A stretch of DNA of 64,000 nt. Source: Promethearchaeia archaeon. GTDB taxonomy: Archaea > Asgardarchaeota > Lokiarchaeia > Sigyniarchaeales > SOKP01. The position numbers and the translations under genes were made by a program. The DNA lies in contig JAHQWK010000001.1 in the NCBI GenBank assembly GCA_029856145.1, positions 1 to 64,000 on the forward strand, in the 5' to 3' direction. The stretch's first letter is position 1; each line of letters begins with the position of its first letter. The notes below the pieces were generated by a model. That model saw nothing but the letters and a program-made list of their open reading frames with translations. It was not told where the DNA came from and ran no database searches. Positions 26,811 through 37,293 of this stretch are shown piece after piece.

Positions 26811-28946
26811 ATGAAGTATAGAGCTTCTATAATTATTTTTGTTGGAATAGTCCTTCTTATTTATCTAACTAATTTCTATAATTATCTCTTATTTCATACC
26901 ATCTCTGAATTATTTAGTGTAGTTATAGCATTTGGAATTTTTGTGATAGGGTGGAATACTCGAAAAAATATAGAGAGCTCTTTATTTTTGGTTCTTGGAG
27001 TTAGTTTATTATATATTGGCTCAATCGATTTAATCCATACTTTAGCATATAAAGGAATGGATATATTTGAAGGATATGATGCAAATTTGCCTACTCAATT
27101 ATGGATCGCAGCCAGATATCTTCAAGCAGGTTCATTTCTCATGGCATTTCTTTTAATGCATAAAAAAATTAATCCAAATACTTTAGTAATTGGATACACG
27201 CTTCTAACTATCCTTTTGGTAGTATGTATCTTTACTGAGCTTTTTCCGGTCTGCTATATTGAAGGGATTGGTCTAACACCTTTTAAAATTATCAGCGAAT
27301 ACATAATTATTGGAATTTTGGCAGTTTCTATAATGGTATTATATAAAAATAGAAAGGAGTTCAATTTATCCTTGCTCCATCTTATAATTTTTTCGATTTT
27401 ATTAACTATAATAGCAGAGTTAGCTTTTACATTTTATATTGGTGTATATGATCTTTCTAATTTAATAGGGCATATCTTGAAAATAATCTCTTTTTATCTT
27501 ATTTATTTAGCAATTGTCCAAAAGGGACTTGAGGATCCCTTAAATACTTTATTCTTAATGTTAAAGCAGAGTGAGGAATTTACTACATCTGCATTAAAGG
27601 CTCAAATCGATACTTTTTTTGTGTTTAATCCAAAGAACGGTAAGGCAATAAGATGGAATAAAGCCTTTAATGAGATAAGTGGATACACTGATGAGGAAAT
27701 ATTATCTATGAAAGCACCTGATTCATATTATAGTCAAGAAGATTTAATAAGAGCTGAAGAGGCTACACGAGAGATCGTAGAAAGAGGAAATGCTACAGTT
27801 CTAATGGATTTAATTACGAAAGATGGAAAAAAAATCCCTTTCGAATATTTAGGTTCAAGTATTATTGATGATCAAGGAGATATTAAATATATAGTTTCAG
27901 TTGGGCGAAATATTACTCAACGTATAAAGGCAGAAGAAGAAATTAAGAGTTTAGCTAAGTTTCCTTCAGAGAATCCAAATCCAATATTAAGAGTCAGTGA
28001 TGAAGTTGTCCTTTATACAAATGCTGCTGGTCAAAAACTGTTTAATATCGAGATTGGGAATAAAATACCCCGCAGTTTAAATGGAATAGTAGAGGGAGTC
28101 TTTCATACTCAAGTGATTCAACAAATTGAGCTTGAAATAAATAACCAATTTTACTCGTTTACTATAACCCCTATAGCTGAAAAAAAATATCTAAATATTT
28201 ATGGGCTCAATATATCAGAGAGAATTTTAGCAGAAAGAAAAATTAAAAACTTGGTGTCAACAGTTTCTCATGAATTAAGAACACCTATAACTGTTCTAAT
28301 GATGTCATTAGATTTATACAAACAAAAAAAGGATTCACTAACCCCTGAACTACAAAACTATATTATTGAGACAGGAGAAAGGAATATTTCGCTTCTAAAA
28401 GATTTATCAGAAGATATTCTCATGCTCTCTCAAATCGATGAAAAAAAAATAGAGCTTAATTTAGAATATTATAATCCATCAAAGATATTACAAAATATGG
28501 AAAAATTCTTAGCTCCTTTTGCTCAAGAAAAAAATCTTACTTTTCAAAATGATATCAATGAAGAAATCAATCTGAAAGGGGATATTAAAAGGATTGAGCA
28601 AGTCTTTCGAATTCTTCTTGATAATGCAATAAAATATTCCTTTGAAAATACAATTATCAAGATTAATGTGATTGAAAGTTACAAAGGAAGATTTAATTCT
28701 AAAGGAGAAAATGGGATTTTATTTCAATGTAAAAACCATGGTATAGGAATAAGTAAAGAAGAACTCCCTCATATTTTTGAAAGATTTTATAGAGGTTCAA
28801 ATGTAAGAGATTCTTCTGGAACCGGATTAGGCTTATCAATAGCAAAAGATATAATCGAACTTCATCAAGGGGAAATTTTTGTTGAAAGTAAATTAGGAAA
28901 TGAAACAACTTTTTCTATTTTTTTTCCAAGAATAGATAATGTTTAA
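26811..28946 (+). CDS. Sensor histidine kinase (MASE3 membrane domain, PAS domains, HisKA, HATPase)
   Basis: NYLLFHTISELFS MASE3 start, SHELRTP, NAIKY, GTGLGL. Confidence 0.92.
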   Translation: MKYRASIIIFVGIVLLIYLTNFYNYLLFHTISELFSVVIAFGIFVIGWNTRKNIESSLFLVLGVSLLYIGSIDLIHTLAYKGMDIFEGYDANLPTQLWIAARYLQAGSFLMAFLLMHKKINPNTLVIGYTLLTILLVVCIFTELFPVCYIEGIGLTPFKIISEYIIIGILAVSIMVLYKNRKEFNLSLLHLIIFSILLTIIAELAFTFYIGVYDLSNLIGHILKIISFYLIYLAIVQKGLEDPLNTLFLMLKQSEEFTTSALKAQIDTFFVFNPKNGKAIRWNKAFNEISGYTDEEILSMKAPDSYYSQEDLIRAEEATREIVERGNATVLMDLITKDGKKIPFEYLGSSIIDDQGDIKYIVSVGRNITQRIKAEEEIKSLAKFPSENPNPILRVSDEVVLYTNAAGQKLFNIEIGNKIPRSLNGIVEGVFHTQVIQQIELEINNQFYSFTITPIAEKKYLNIYGLNISERILAERKIKNLVSTVSHELRTPITVLMMSLDLYKQKKDSLTPELQNYIIETGERNISLLKDLSEDILMLSQIDEKKIELNLEYYNPSKILQNMEKFLAPFAQEKNLTFQNDINEEINLKGDIKRIEQVFRILLDNAIKYSFENTIIKINVIESYKGRFNSKGENGILFQCKNHGIGISKEELPHIFERFYRGSNVRDSSGTGLGLSIAKDIIELHQGEIFVESKLGNETTFSIFFPRIDNV

Positions 28947-29007
28947 AGTAACATTTAAATATAATTCTAATTAATATTTTCACTATAAGAGCATCAAGCG
29001 TATCATT

Positions 29008-29919
29008 ATGCAAGTTAAGACCCAAACGGTAATACTCATAGTTGACGATAATAAAGATATCTTATTTCATTTAAAATTCTTATTGGAAGAAAATAACTAT
29101 GTAGTCAAAACTGCAGTAAATGGTAAAGATGCATTAAAACTTTTATCTGAAATAATTTCACCTCCAGATTTAATTATTAGTGATATTATGATGCCGGGAA
29201 TGAATGGTTATGATTTTTTTGCGGCAATATCTAACACCCCACTTTGGAATCGAATACCATTTCTATTTCTGACAGCTAAATCAACTCCTTTAGATATTCG
29301 ATTAGGTAAAATGTTGGGAGTGGATGATTATATAACAAAACCATTTAAAAAAGAAGACCTAATTGCATCAATTTCGGGGAAAATTGCACGAAATAATAAA
29401 TCTAATCTTATTGATAAGGAGATTAAACAATTACTCTCCTCTTTAAATATTCAAATGCAATCCCCCATTCTTGATAAAGGTCAACAATTTTTATGTTTAT
29501 TAATTGTGTATTGGAATGATATTACTGGGCCTACTGTAAAGGAAGCTTATCCTCCTGAAAAGAATTTACCTATAGCGATTAATACAATTGGCAAGCAATT
29601 ATTTCATGCCGCAACTTCGATCTATGGGCATGAAAAAATTACGAAATCTCAAGGTATATTACTTAACATTGAAAATATTAATAATAAGGGGTATTTATTT
29701 TTTGATTCTTTTCCCGATGAAAATGAAAGATTTGGAGAAAAACAATATATGTTATCAGTAATCACACCAAATTTGACTTATTTTAATTCGCTTAAAATTA
29801 GAGAAATTCTGAAAGATATCTCTGAAAAAGTAAAAATGAACCAGGAGTGGGTTTTAAAAGAATATTGGGAAAAAATTTTAGAAATTTTATCAGTAAACTC
29901 AGTTTTACTACAAACTTGA
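29008..29919 (+). CDS. Response regulator with C-terminal longin/uDENN-like domain
   Basis: IVDD, IISDIMMP, FLTAK, TKPF; output domain begins LLIVYWNDITGPTVKEAYP. Confidence 0.85.
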   Translation: MQVKTQTVILIVDDNKDILFHLKFLLEENNYVVKTAVNGKDALKLLSEIISPPDLIISDIMMPGMNGYDFFAAISNTPLWNRIPFLFLTAKSTPLDIRLGKMLGVDDYITKPFKKEDLIASISGKIARNNKSNLIDKEIKQLLSSLNIQMQSPILDKGQQFLCLLIVYWNDITGPTVKEAYPPEKNLPIAINTIGKQLFHAATSIYGHEKITKSQGILLNIENINNKGYLFFDSFPDENERFGEKQYMLSVITPNLTYFNSLKIREILKDISEKVKMNQEWVLKEYWEKILEILSVNSVLLQT

Positions 29920-30095
29920 TATAATTCTGTAGTACTTAAAGATCTATAATGTTATAAATTAAAAATAAATCAGAATTTTAATCTAATAATTAAGCGAGAA
30001 AACTCACTTTTTTTAATAATATCTAGAAAGAACTTTTAAATCAGCTCTTTTAGTTGAAGTTGTCAAGAAATAAAACTATAATTTTAACCGTCTAG

Positions 30096-30419
30096 GTGAA
30101 AAATATGTCTGAAGTAAAGGAAGAAGAAAAGTATTTAATATCTCCAGAGGTGTGTTCTTGGGCTGATGACGAAGATAATATTTACAAAATCGAGATTCAG
30201 TTGCCCGGAGTAGAGAAAGGTACAATTAATCTTAAAATGCATGACGATAGCTTTTTCATTAAAGGAGAAACTGAAGATACTATCTATATAGGTTCCTATA
30301 CTGTTTGCTGTCCAATAAAACCAGAAGAAGCAAAAGCAATATATAAAAATGGACTTCTAAAGATTGAAGTGCCTTTCAAAGAGCCCGAGTTCCATAGTAT
30401 TGAGATTGAAATTGAATAA
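30096..30419 (+). CDS. Small heat shock protein Hsp20
   Basis: IQLPGV...AKAIYKNGLLKIEVP. Confidence 0.85.
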   Translation: MKNMSEVKEEEKYLISPEVCSWADDEDNIYKIEIQLPGVEKGTINLKMHDDSFFIKGETEDTIYIGSYTVCCPIKPEEAKAIYKNGLLKIEVPFKEPEFHSIEIEIE

Positions 30420-30562
30420 ATCAACTTTTTCTTTTTTTTATTTTTAATTTTAAGAAAAATTTATTAAACATTTTACCTCTATTTCAAATTATAAAAATTT
30501 TTGAAAATTAGAAATACTTATTGTTCTAAATCAGTTCATTTAAACAGCTATGAGTGTAACTA

Positions 30563-31090
30563 TTGAATATTATTCAAGTTGAAAATGATGAATATAACAC
30601 TAATTTGAGGGATTTGTTCTCAGAATATCTCGAATGGGTTTTAAAAATGTGTGAAAGAGAGTTCAATATCACTCTTAACATAAAAGAAATGGTTAATGAT
30701 GCCGTTAATCACTCAATTGAAGGTTTAAATAGATATCTTCCTCCAGAGGGGCATTTATTTTTATGTAAATATGATAATCATATTGTAGGAACAGCTTCTA
30801 TGAGAAATAATGGAGATAAAATCGGTGAGATTAAAAGGATGTATGTACTACCTGAATATCGAGGCATGGGAATAGGTAGAACTCTATTTGAAAGATTGAT
30901 CAAAGAAGCACAAAATCTACAATATTCAAAAATTAGGTTAGATACTGGTCCTTTTATGCAAAAAGCTATTGGGCTCTATCATTCAGTTGGCTTTCGTAAT
31001 ATTGAACCTTATCCCGAAAGCGAAGTTCTTCAAGAAGGAGTTCCCGTAGAAATAGGTAAAAACTGGATCTTTTTAGAAATGACTTTATAA
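30563..31090 (+). CDS. GNAT acetyltransferase
   Basis: EIKRMYVLPEYRGMGIG, AIGLYHSVGF. Confidence 0.9.
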   Translation: MNIIQVENDEYNTNLRDLFSEYLEWVLKMCEREFNITLNIKEMVNDAVNHSIEGLNRYLPPEGHLFLCKYDNHIVGTASMRNNGDKIGEIKRMYVLPEYRGMGIGRTLFERLIKEAQNLQYSKIRLDTGPFMQKAIGLYHSVGFRNIEPYPESEVLQEGVPVEIGKNWIFLEMTL

Positions 31091-31124
31091 AAAGAACTAA
31101 ACAAAAATAGATATAAAAAATATA

Positions 31125-32069
31125 TTAATATTCTATATTCATTTCTTTAACATAATCAAAAGCAGAATAAGCTGCTATTACACCTTCAGAAACACCTGTA
31201 ATAGCTTGTTTAAAAGGTGCATCAGCTACATCTCCCGCCGCAAAAATACCGGGAACATTGGTTTCTGACGTACGATTAATTTTAATTTCACCTTTTTTAT
31301 TAGTTTCTACTCCAATACCTTTTGCTAAATCAGAATTAGGAATTGATCCAATTTCAATAAAAACTCCATCAATCTCAAATTCTTTTCCATTATCGAAGAC
31401 AACAGATTTTACTGTCCCCTCCCCTTTGATTTCTACTATTTGTGTTTCATAAATTATCTCAATTTTATCATTCTCATATACTCGTTTCTTATTAATTGGT
31501 TCCGCTCTGATTTCTTCTCCTCTATAAATAATATAAACTTTCTTAACGCTTTGGGCTAAGAATAATGCTTCCTTGGCAGCAGAATCACTTCCTCCAATCA
31601 CACATACATTTTTATCCTTATAAAATGGTCCATCACATGTCGCACAATACGAAACACCTCTGCCAGCAAACTCTTCTTCACCAGGAATGCCTAATTTCTT
31701 CCTATCTGAACCAGTTGCTAAACAAATTGAATAAGTTTTAAAATTTTGAAAAAATGAATGAAGCTTGAAGTGATCTTCAACTCTTTCAATCTTTCGTATC
31801 TCATCTGATATATAGGGTATCTTAAGTGAATCCATATGATCTCTAAACATGTCCATTAATCCTTGCCCACTTATTGATGTAATAGCTGGATAATTTTCAA
31901 CAAGATGAGTCGTTGCTATTAATCCTCCAAAGGTCTTCCCTACAATTAGTATATCCATAGCAAATCGAGCAGCATAAATTGCACATCCAATCGCTGTTGG
32001 TCCACCACCTAACACGATTAAATCATAGGTTTTTTCTAAATCGATACCTTCCATATCAATATTAAACAT
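31125..32069 (-). CDS. trxB: Thioredoxin reductase
   Basis: GGGP, VENYP, GVSYCATCD, FAAGD. Confidence 0.92.
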   Translation of the reverse strand: MFNIDMEGIDLEKTYDLIVLGGGPTAIGCAIYAARFAMDILIVGKTFGGLIATTHLVENYPAITSISGQGLMDMFRDHMDSLKIPYISDEIRKIERVEDHFKLHSFFQNFKTYSICLATGSDRKKLGIPGEEEFAGRGVSYCATCDGPFYKDKNVCVIGGSDSAAKEALFLAQSVKKVYIIYRGEEIRAEPINKKRVYENDKIEIIYETQIVEIKGEGTVKSVVFDNGKEFEIDGVFIEIGSIPNSDLAKGIGVETNKKGEIKINRTSETNVPGIFAAGDVADAPFKQAITGVSEGVIAAYSAFDYVKEMNIEY

Positions 32070-32120
32070 CTTTTTCTCCCCTTCCTATATTAAATTATTA
32101 TCACAAATTATTATTTTATA

Positions 32121-32777
32121 TTATAATATTACCATATTCTCTCCAATAAGTTCCTCTAGTAATTCATTAGGACCATAACAACCAATCAACGGTTCTTTTT
32201 TATTTATGATTGTATAAGGAACACTGGAGGTATTATATAGTTTTCCAATATCCGGATTTTCCATTATGTCTATTATCTCAACTCTAATTTTTCCTCCCGC
32301 AGCAAGCGCAAATTGGGAAGTAAGACTTACCATCTGAGGGGAGTAAGCACATGAATTAGTTATCATCACTTTAATAGTTGAAGGAACTATCTTATTAAGA
32401 TTCTTTTTAATAGCAGGTTCATAATAATTCAAAGCTCCCCCGAAAATTAATAAAGCTTGAATAAATGGTTGGGTTTCGCTGCCTTGTGGAGCTGATAAAT
32501 ATCGAATGAGCTCATTCCCCTCATTGTCAATTAATAATACTGTTGGGTCTCTTTCAATATTATATCTTTTCTCTAAATCTGGGTTCTTTCCGATCGGTAG
32601 CTCTACAATGGTTAACATTTCATTGGAATTCTCTTCATAAATTTTTAGAATTGACATCGTATACTCATAATTTTGAGATTTCTTATTTTTATCTATAAAT
32701 ACGTGTAGCTTAACAGGTTTAGAAAGCTTTTTCATCTCATCACGTATCATTTTTTTGAATATATATGAAGCCGGCAA
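32121..32777 (-). CDS. Protein disulfide oxidoreductase (AhpF-N/PDO) paralog, degenerate
   Basis: Two thioredoxin folds; N-terminal CxxC lost, C-terminal CAYS. Confidence 0.8.
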   Translation of the reverse strand: MPASYIFKKMIRDEMKKLSKPVKLHVFIDKNKKSQNYEYTMSILKIYEENSNEMLTIVELPIGKNPDLEKRYNIERDPTVLLIDNEGNELIRYLSAPQGSETQPFIQALLIFGGALNYYEPAIKKNLNKIVPSTIKVMITNSCAYSPQMVSLTSQFALAAGGKIRVEIIDIMENPDIGKLYNTSSVPYTIINKKEPLIGCYGPNELLEELIGENMVIL

Positions 32778-32837
32778 TTTTATCTCCTCTTACAAATAAT
32801 TATTTTCATAATTTTTAACATAATTAAATTAAAAGGA

Positions 32838-33521
32838 TCAATATTGAACGCGAATATTACCTCCAATCAAAGCTTGTAAAATTTTATTTGCCCCCACCAT
32901 TCCAACTAAGGTCTTTTGATCGTTTATAATAGTATATGGCACACCAGCCGCGTCATAATATTGACCGATATCAGGATTAGCTATAATATCAATAATAATT
33001 GTTCTTATTTTTCCTTCTGAAGCTATGGCAAATAAACTACAGATATTCACTATCTGAGGGCAGTATGGACAAGTCTCAGTTATCATTACCTTTATTGTAG
33101 AAGGTTGAATTCTGTCTAAATTTTGTTTTATCGTCGCTTTATAATAATTGGGTGCCCCAGCAAAAACAAATATAGCTTGGATAAAGGGTTGAATTTCACC
33201 TCCTTGAGGGGCTGCTAAATAACGTATAATCTCCTTTTCTTTCTCATCAATGAATAAGATTGTGGGTACTCTTGAAATATCATAACTCTTAGCAAATTCA
33301 GGATTTTCATCAATACATAATTCCTCAATTGCTAACATTCCATTTGAGTTTTCTTCATAAACTCTCAATAATGCCATAAACTGATTACAATCCATACATT
33401 CTCTTATTTGGCTCCCAGGTGGCTGTTTCTCTTTACATGTAAATACTTTTAATTTAACTGGTTTCCTTAATTTTGCCATTTCTCCCTTGATTATTTCTCT
33501 ATATTTATCATCTTGAGTCAT
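32838..33521 (-). CDS. Protein disulfide oxidoreductase (PDO)
   Basis: CMDC and CPYC. Confidence 0.85.
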   Translation of the reverse strand: MTQDDKYREIIKGEMAKLRKPVKLKVFTCKEKQPPGSQIRECMDCNQFMALLRVYEENSNGMLAIEELCIDENPEFAKSYDISRVPTILFIDEKEKEIIRYLAAPQGGEIQPFIQAIFVFAGAPNYYKATIKQNLDRIQPSTIKVMITETCPYCPQIVNICSLFAIASEGKIRTIIIDIIANPDIGQYYDAAGVPYTIINDQKTLVGMVGANKILQALIGGNIRVQY

Positions 33522-33544
33522 TAACTAAAATCACCTTAAATTAA

Positions 33545-34252
33545 TTATGCGTAGATTCCTCCAAAATCTCGATCTTTCGAACCGACAAGTTTCTCTAGTA
33601 AATCTTGAGGAGTAAACATTCCGTGAATAACTTCTTTTTCATTTATTACTGTCATGGGGACACCTTGAACTTGGTATTTCATACCGAGCTCTGGGTTTAA
33701 ATTAACATCAATTACTTCCGCTGAAATCTTTCCTTTAGAAACTAAAGCGAATAATGTTAAAACTGGAACAGTAGCAGGACAATAGGGACACGTTGGAGTT
33801 ATAAAGATTTTCATATTTGACTTTCCTATCTTTTTAAGATGAGTAAGGATTTGATCCGTATAATAAGGTCTTACTCCTGAGAAGTATTGTATACTATTAA
33901 GAAATGGTACAAATTCAGATCCTACAGGTTGTGCTAAGTATCGAATAATTTCTTTATCATTTTCATCTACAAATAATATAGCAGGGATCTTAGTAACATT
34001 GAATTTTTTTGCTTCTTCTTCATTTTCTTCAGTGGAGATTTCCTCAATTTTAAGTTTTCCATCAGATAAATCCTCAAGAGTTTTTAACAGCTCATACGTC
34101 CCACCACAAGCCATACACTTTCTAAATCTTGTTCCATCTTCATTGGTTTTAAAATCAGTAAACAGTTTAAGTACAACCTTTCCTTTTAATTTACTCATTT
34201 CTCTTTTAATATTATCCATTTCATTTTCAGAAAATAACATAAAATCACCCAT
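33545..34252 (-). CDS. Protein disulfide oxidoreductase (PDO)
   Basis: CMAC and TPTCPYCP, GVP. Confidence 0.88.
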   Translation of the reverse strand: MGDFMLFSENEMDNIKREMSKLKGKVVLKLFTDFKTNEDGTRFRKCMACGGTYELLKTLEDLSDGKLKIEEISTEENEEEAKKFNVTKIPAILFVDENDKEIIRYLAQPVGSEFVPFLNSIQYFSGVRPYYTDQILTHLKKIGKSNMKIFITPTCPYCPATVPVLTLFALVSKGKISAEVIDVNLNPELGMKYQVQGVPMTVINEKEVIHGMFTPQDLLEKLVGSKDRDFGGIYA

Positions 34253-34370
34253 TAATTCAATCTATTATGAATATTTGCTATCTTACTTAAAAGAATTTTT
34301 CGTTTAAATTATAAAAAAAACTGGTTCTAAATTGTTATTGAATAAAATTGAATAAAATAACATTAATAAT

Positions 34371-35552
34371 TCAAAAGATATCTTTCAATGACTTATTATT
34401 AGTCTCCTCAATTAGTTTTTTAAAAATAAAATACAATATCAACCCAATTAGAAAACCAATTGCTATATTAAATAAGTAGCAAAGAATTGCTGAGATTAAT
34501 ATTATAGGGAACGATTTAATATTAAAATCTTTGAAAGCCATTTTACCTAATAGAAGGGCAGTATAAATAAGCATAGCACCTAAAATAGCCATAGGAAACT
34601 CTTTGAAAAGTAGAAGTAATGTTTCAGAGAAAAATAAACCAAGCATTAGTTCCATTATCCCCTCCATTATCATTGATCCCCCAGTTCTAGCTCCAAATGC
34701 GTATTGTGCCATTAACCCTCCAGATCCATGACATAAAGGCATTCCTACTAAAAAAGGATTAATTAAATTCATCGCACCCATATTAAAAGCTAAAGTATTA
34801 GCATCAATCCCTTCTTTCTCTGGAAAAAGCTCTTTAATTAACACGACAGTAGCAATCATAACATTTGTTAATGTTAAAAATAATTGTGCAATTCCCGCAT
34901 ATAACATACCTAGTAAAAAATTTTCCCAAGTTGGAAATTGAAAGCTTAAACTTGGCAATCCAAATTTCAAATTTGTTATACTAATAGTACCAGTAATAAA
35001 CATTATCAAAATACCCCCAAATGTAAGGATAATCGCCGAAGGAATTGGTTTATTCTTTATCAATAATAAAATAATTAAGATTGATATAATACCTAAAAAC
35101 AAGTTTTCACCAAAGAATAAAATTCCTGTCCATCCTAAAATAAGTGCTAAACCAAGTTGGATTCCCCTAACTGCTATAATAGGTACTTTACTTACGATTT
35201 TATTAAGTTTTTTTGAGAATCCAAGAACAAACCATACAACTCCGGTACCAAATCCAGTAGAGATAACCATGTTAGGATTCCAACCTTTTGATATAGCCAC
35301 AGCACCAATCGTTTTTTGGGGTTGCACAGGAAGTGGGAGATTGAATTTTAATCCTAATATGACATTTGTAATTCCCAAAGTAAGAAAGATTCCTGCAGGA
35401 TTTAAACCTACAATTGAGATATATCCAATTATAAAAGGAATTAATGTTCCCCAATCTCCAAAAGAGCCCCCAAATTCTCTTAAAGTAAATTTCTTATATT
35501 TCTCTTCGCTTTCTTTTTCAATGCCATTAATATTAGGGACCAAATTAATCAA
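34371..35552 (-). CDS. MOT1-like molybdate/sulfate transporter
   Basis: GSFGDWGT, PLPVQP, MPLCHGSGGL..QY.FGARTG. Confidence 0.85.
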   Translation of the reverse strand: MINLVPNINGIEKESEEKYKKFTLREFGGSFGDWGTLIPFIIGYISIVGLNPAGIFLTLGITNVILGLKFNLPLPVQPQKTIGAVAISKGWNPNMVISTGFGTGVVWFVLGFSKKLNKIVSKVPIIAVRGIQLGLALILGWTGILFFGENLFLGIISILIILLLIKNKPIPSAIILTFGGILIMFITGTISITNLKFGLPSLSFQFPTWENFLLGMLYAGIAQLFLTLTNVMIATVVLIKELFPEKEGIDANTLAFNMGAMNLINPFLVGMPLCHGSGGLMAQYAFGARTGGSMIMEGIMELMLGLFFSETLLLLFKEFPMAILGAMLIYTALLLGKMAFKDFNIKSFPIILISAILCYLFNIAIGFLIGLILYFIFKKLIEETNNKSLKDIF

Positions 35553-35749
35553 ATATAAAAAAAATTCTAAATTTATTAAATTTCTTAAAATAAATCAAAA
35601 TAATTTATATTCATTTAGTAAAATTACACTTCGAAACGTTCTTTTTAACTTTCAATAAATTTAAAAATATTCAATTTATCATATTTGCAGATTTAGCTTT
35701 ATCTAATAAATCTTAATAACCTTAAGAATTTTTTATCCATTCTTTTGAT

Positions 35750-36089
35750 TAAGAGTATTTCAGTGTCTCTCTTACATAATGCAATAAAATATAATCAAAT
35801 TCAGCTTATTAAAATTCAAATTACTATTTGTAAAACCGAAAATAGTAGAAAGAACTATATTGTGATGGAATTTAAGGATATCGGTATAAGCATTATTGAT
35901 TACTAGAAAGAATTAATATTCCAAAAAGGACATAAGAACGACAATCATTTAAGAGGAATGGGAATTGGGCTATCTCTTGTGAAAAAGATTATTGAAAGCT
36001 ATAATGGTAAAATTTGGGTCGAAAATCGCATAAAAAATGATTAGAGTCAGGGAAGTAATTTTGTAGTAGAAATTCCAGAAGCAATCTAA
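35750..36089 (+). pseudogene. Remnant of a histidine kinase HATPase domain
   Basis: LLHNAIKY...FKDIGI...*KELIF...GMGIGLSLVKKIIESYNGKIWVE...*SQGSNF; in-frame TAG at 35904 and 36042; no start or HisKA domain. Confidence 0.8.
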
Positions 36090-36133
36090 AAGTAAATATT
36101 TTTGAAACTCATATAAAACTTTTTTAATCCAAT

Positions 36134-37123
36134 TTATAGTAATAATTCAAATAAATCTATAGCTTTTGGGTGAATTTTGCATTGTTTACTAAATCGACGA
36201 AGAATCCACCAACAAGAAGGACAATATGTTGTAACATAATCAAGATCTTCTCGATTAAAATCAGACATTCTCTTATGTGCAATTTGTTCTATTACGTCGG
36301 TTCGCCCCATCCATCCAGAACCACCACCACAACACCAATGAGGAACATTTACAACATCATATCCAATCTTTTTAAGGATATTATCAATAATCTCATCCAC
36401 TCCTTCTTTACCTCTATTCTTTAATTGACATAAATGTTGTACTCCTACTCTACCTGATTTACGTCCATTTGAAGGTTTCAAGTAATCAGAAATATATTTT
36501 ACTTCAGCATTTAGACCCTCCATTTCATTTTTAAAAAGATAATAACAAGCAGGGCACAAACAAATTATTTCTTTAAATTTTCTTGTATTAAAAATCTCTC
36601 TATTCTCCTTTACACATATTTCATATTCATTTCTTAATCCACTGATTTTAAGGTGCCATCCACAACAGATTTCCGTATCCAAAATAGTGAAATCAATCTC
36701 TTGCTGTATTAGATATTGAAGAGCATGTTGCGTGTACTGAGGAATTCTTATCGTAGAAAGACAACCCATAAAAAAAAGAGTATCTGATTCGCTTGAAATT
36801 CCTTTATATCTTTTTATTCGCATTTTATTAGTAGGATAGGGCGATCTATATTTTTCAAAATATTCACGCATTTCATTAATTCCTTCGAATGAATTTCCAT
36901 CTTCAATATATTTTTGTTTTAATGAAATTCGTTCACTTTCAGTCTCACATTCTCCACAATGAACACAATTATAGAGTTTATAATAATCATCTGAGCTAAA
37001 TTTAAAAGTGTCTTTTTTACTAAGAAGATCCTTTACTGATTCATCATTGATGAAATTTTTTGAATCAACCTCATCAGTGGGGTAATTCTTTCTTCCTACT
37101 ATTCGTTCTTTTATTGTAATCAC
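36134..37123 (-). CDS. Fe-S oxidoreductase, CCG-domain (HdrD/GlpC-like)
   Basis: CVHCGEC, FFMGC, EICCG, CPAC, WCCGGG, YCPSC. Confidence 0.85.
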   Translation of the reverse strand: MITIKERIVGRKNYPTDEVDSKNFINDESVKDLLSKKDTFKFSSDDYYKLYNCVHCGECETESERISLKQKYIEDGNSFEGINEMREYFEKYRSPYPTNKMRIKRYKGISSESDTLFFMGCLSTIRIPQYTQHALQYLIQQEIDFTILDTEICCGWHLKISGLRNEYEICVKENREIFNTRKFKEIICLCPACYYLFKNEMEGLNAEVKYISDYLKPSNGRKSGRVGVQHLCQLKNRGKEGVDEIIDNILKKIGYDVVNVPHWCCGGGSGWMGRTDVIEQIAHKRMSDFNREDLDYVTTYCPSCWWILRRFSKQCKIHPKAIDLFELLL

Positions 37124-37293
37124 CTATTAATTTCAAATTTATGTTAATAATTAAAGATTTATGTTAAAGATTATAAGATTTATAAAGAAAACTGAATTCT
37201 AAAGCGATAGTTTATATTATTTTGAAGCTTATTTGTATAATTAGGAAACATTATGAATCTATTAGCTATAATAAGATTAAACTCCAAATAACG

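Noticed and set aside
35904-36044. Pyrrolysine or amber recoding in the HATPase fragment
   Set aside because: The fragment also lacks a start and upstream domains and appears frameshifted; TAG is a normal stop elsewhere in the window.
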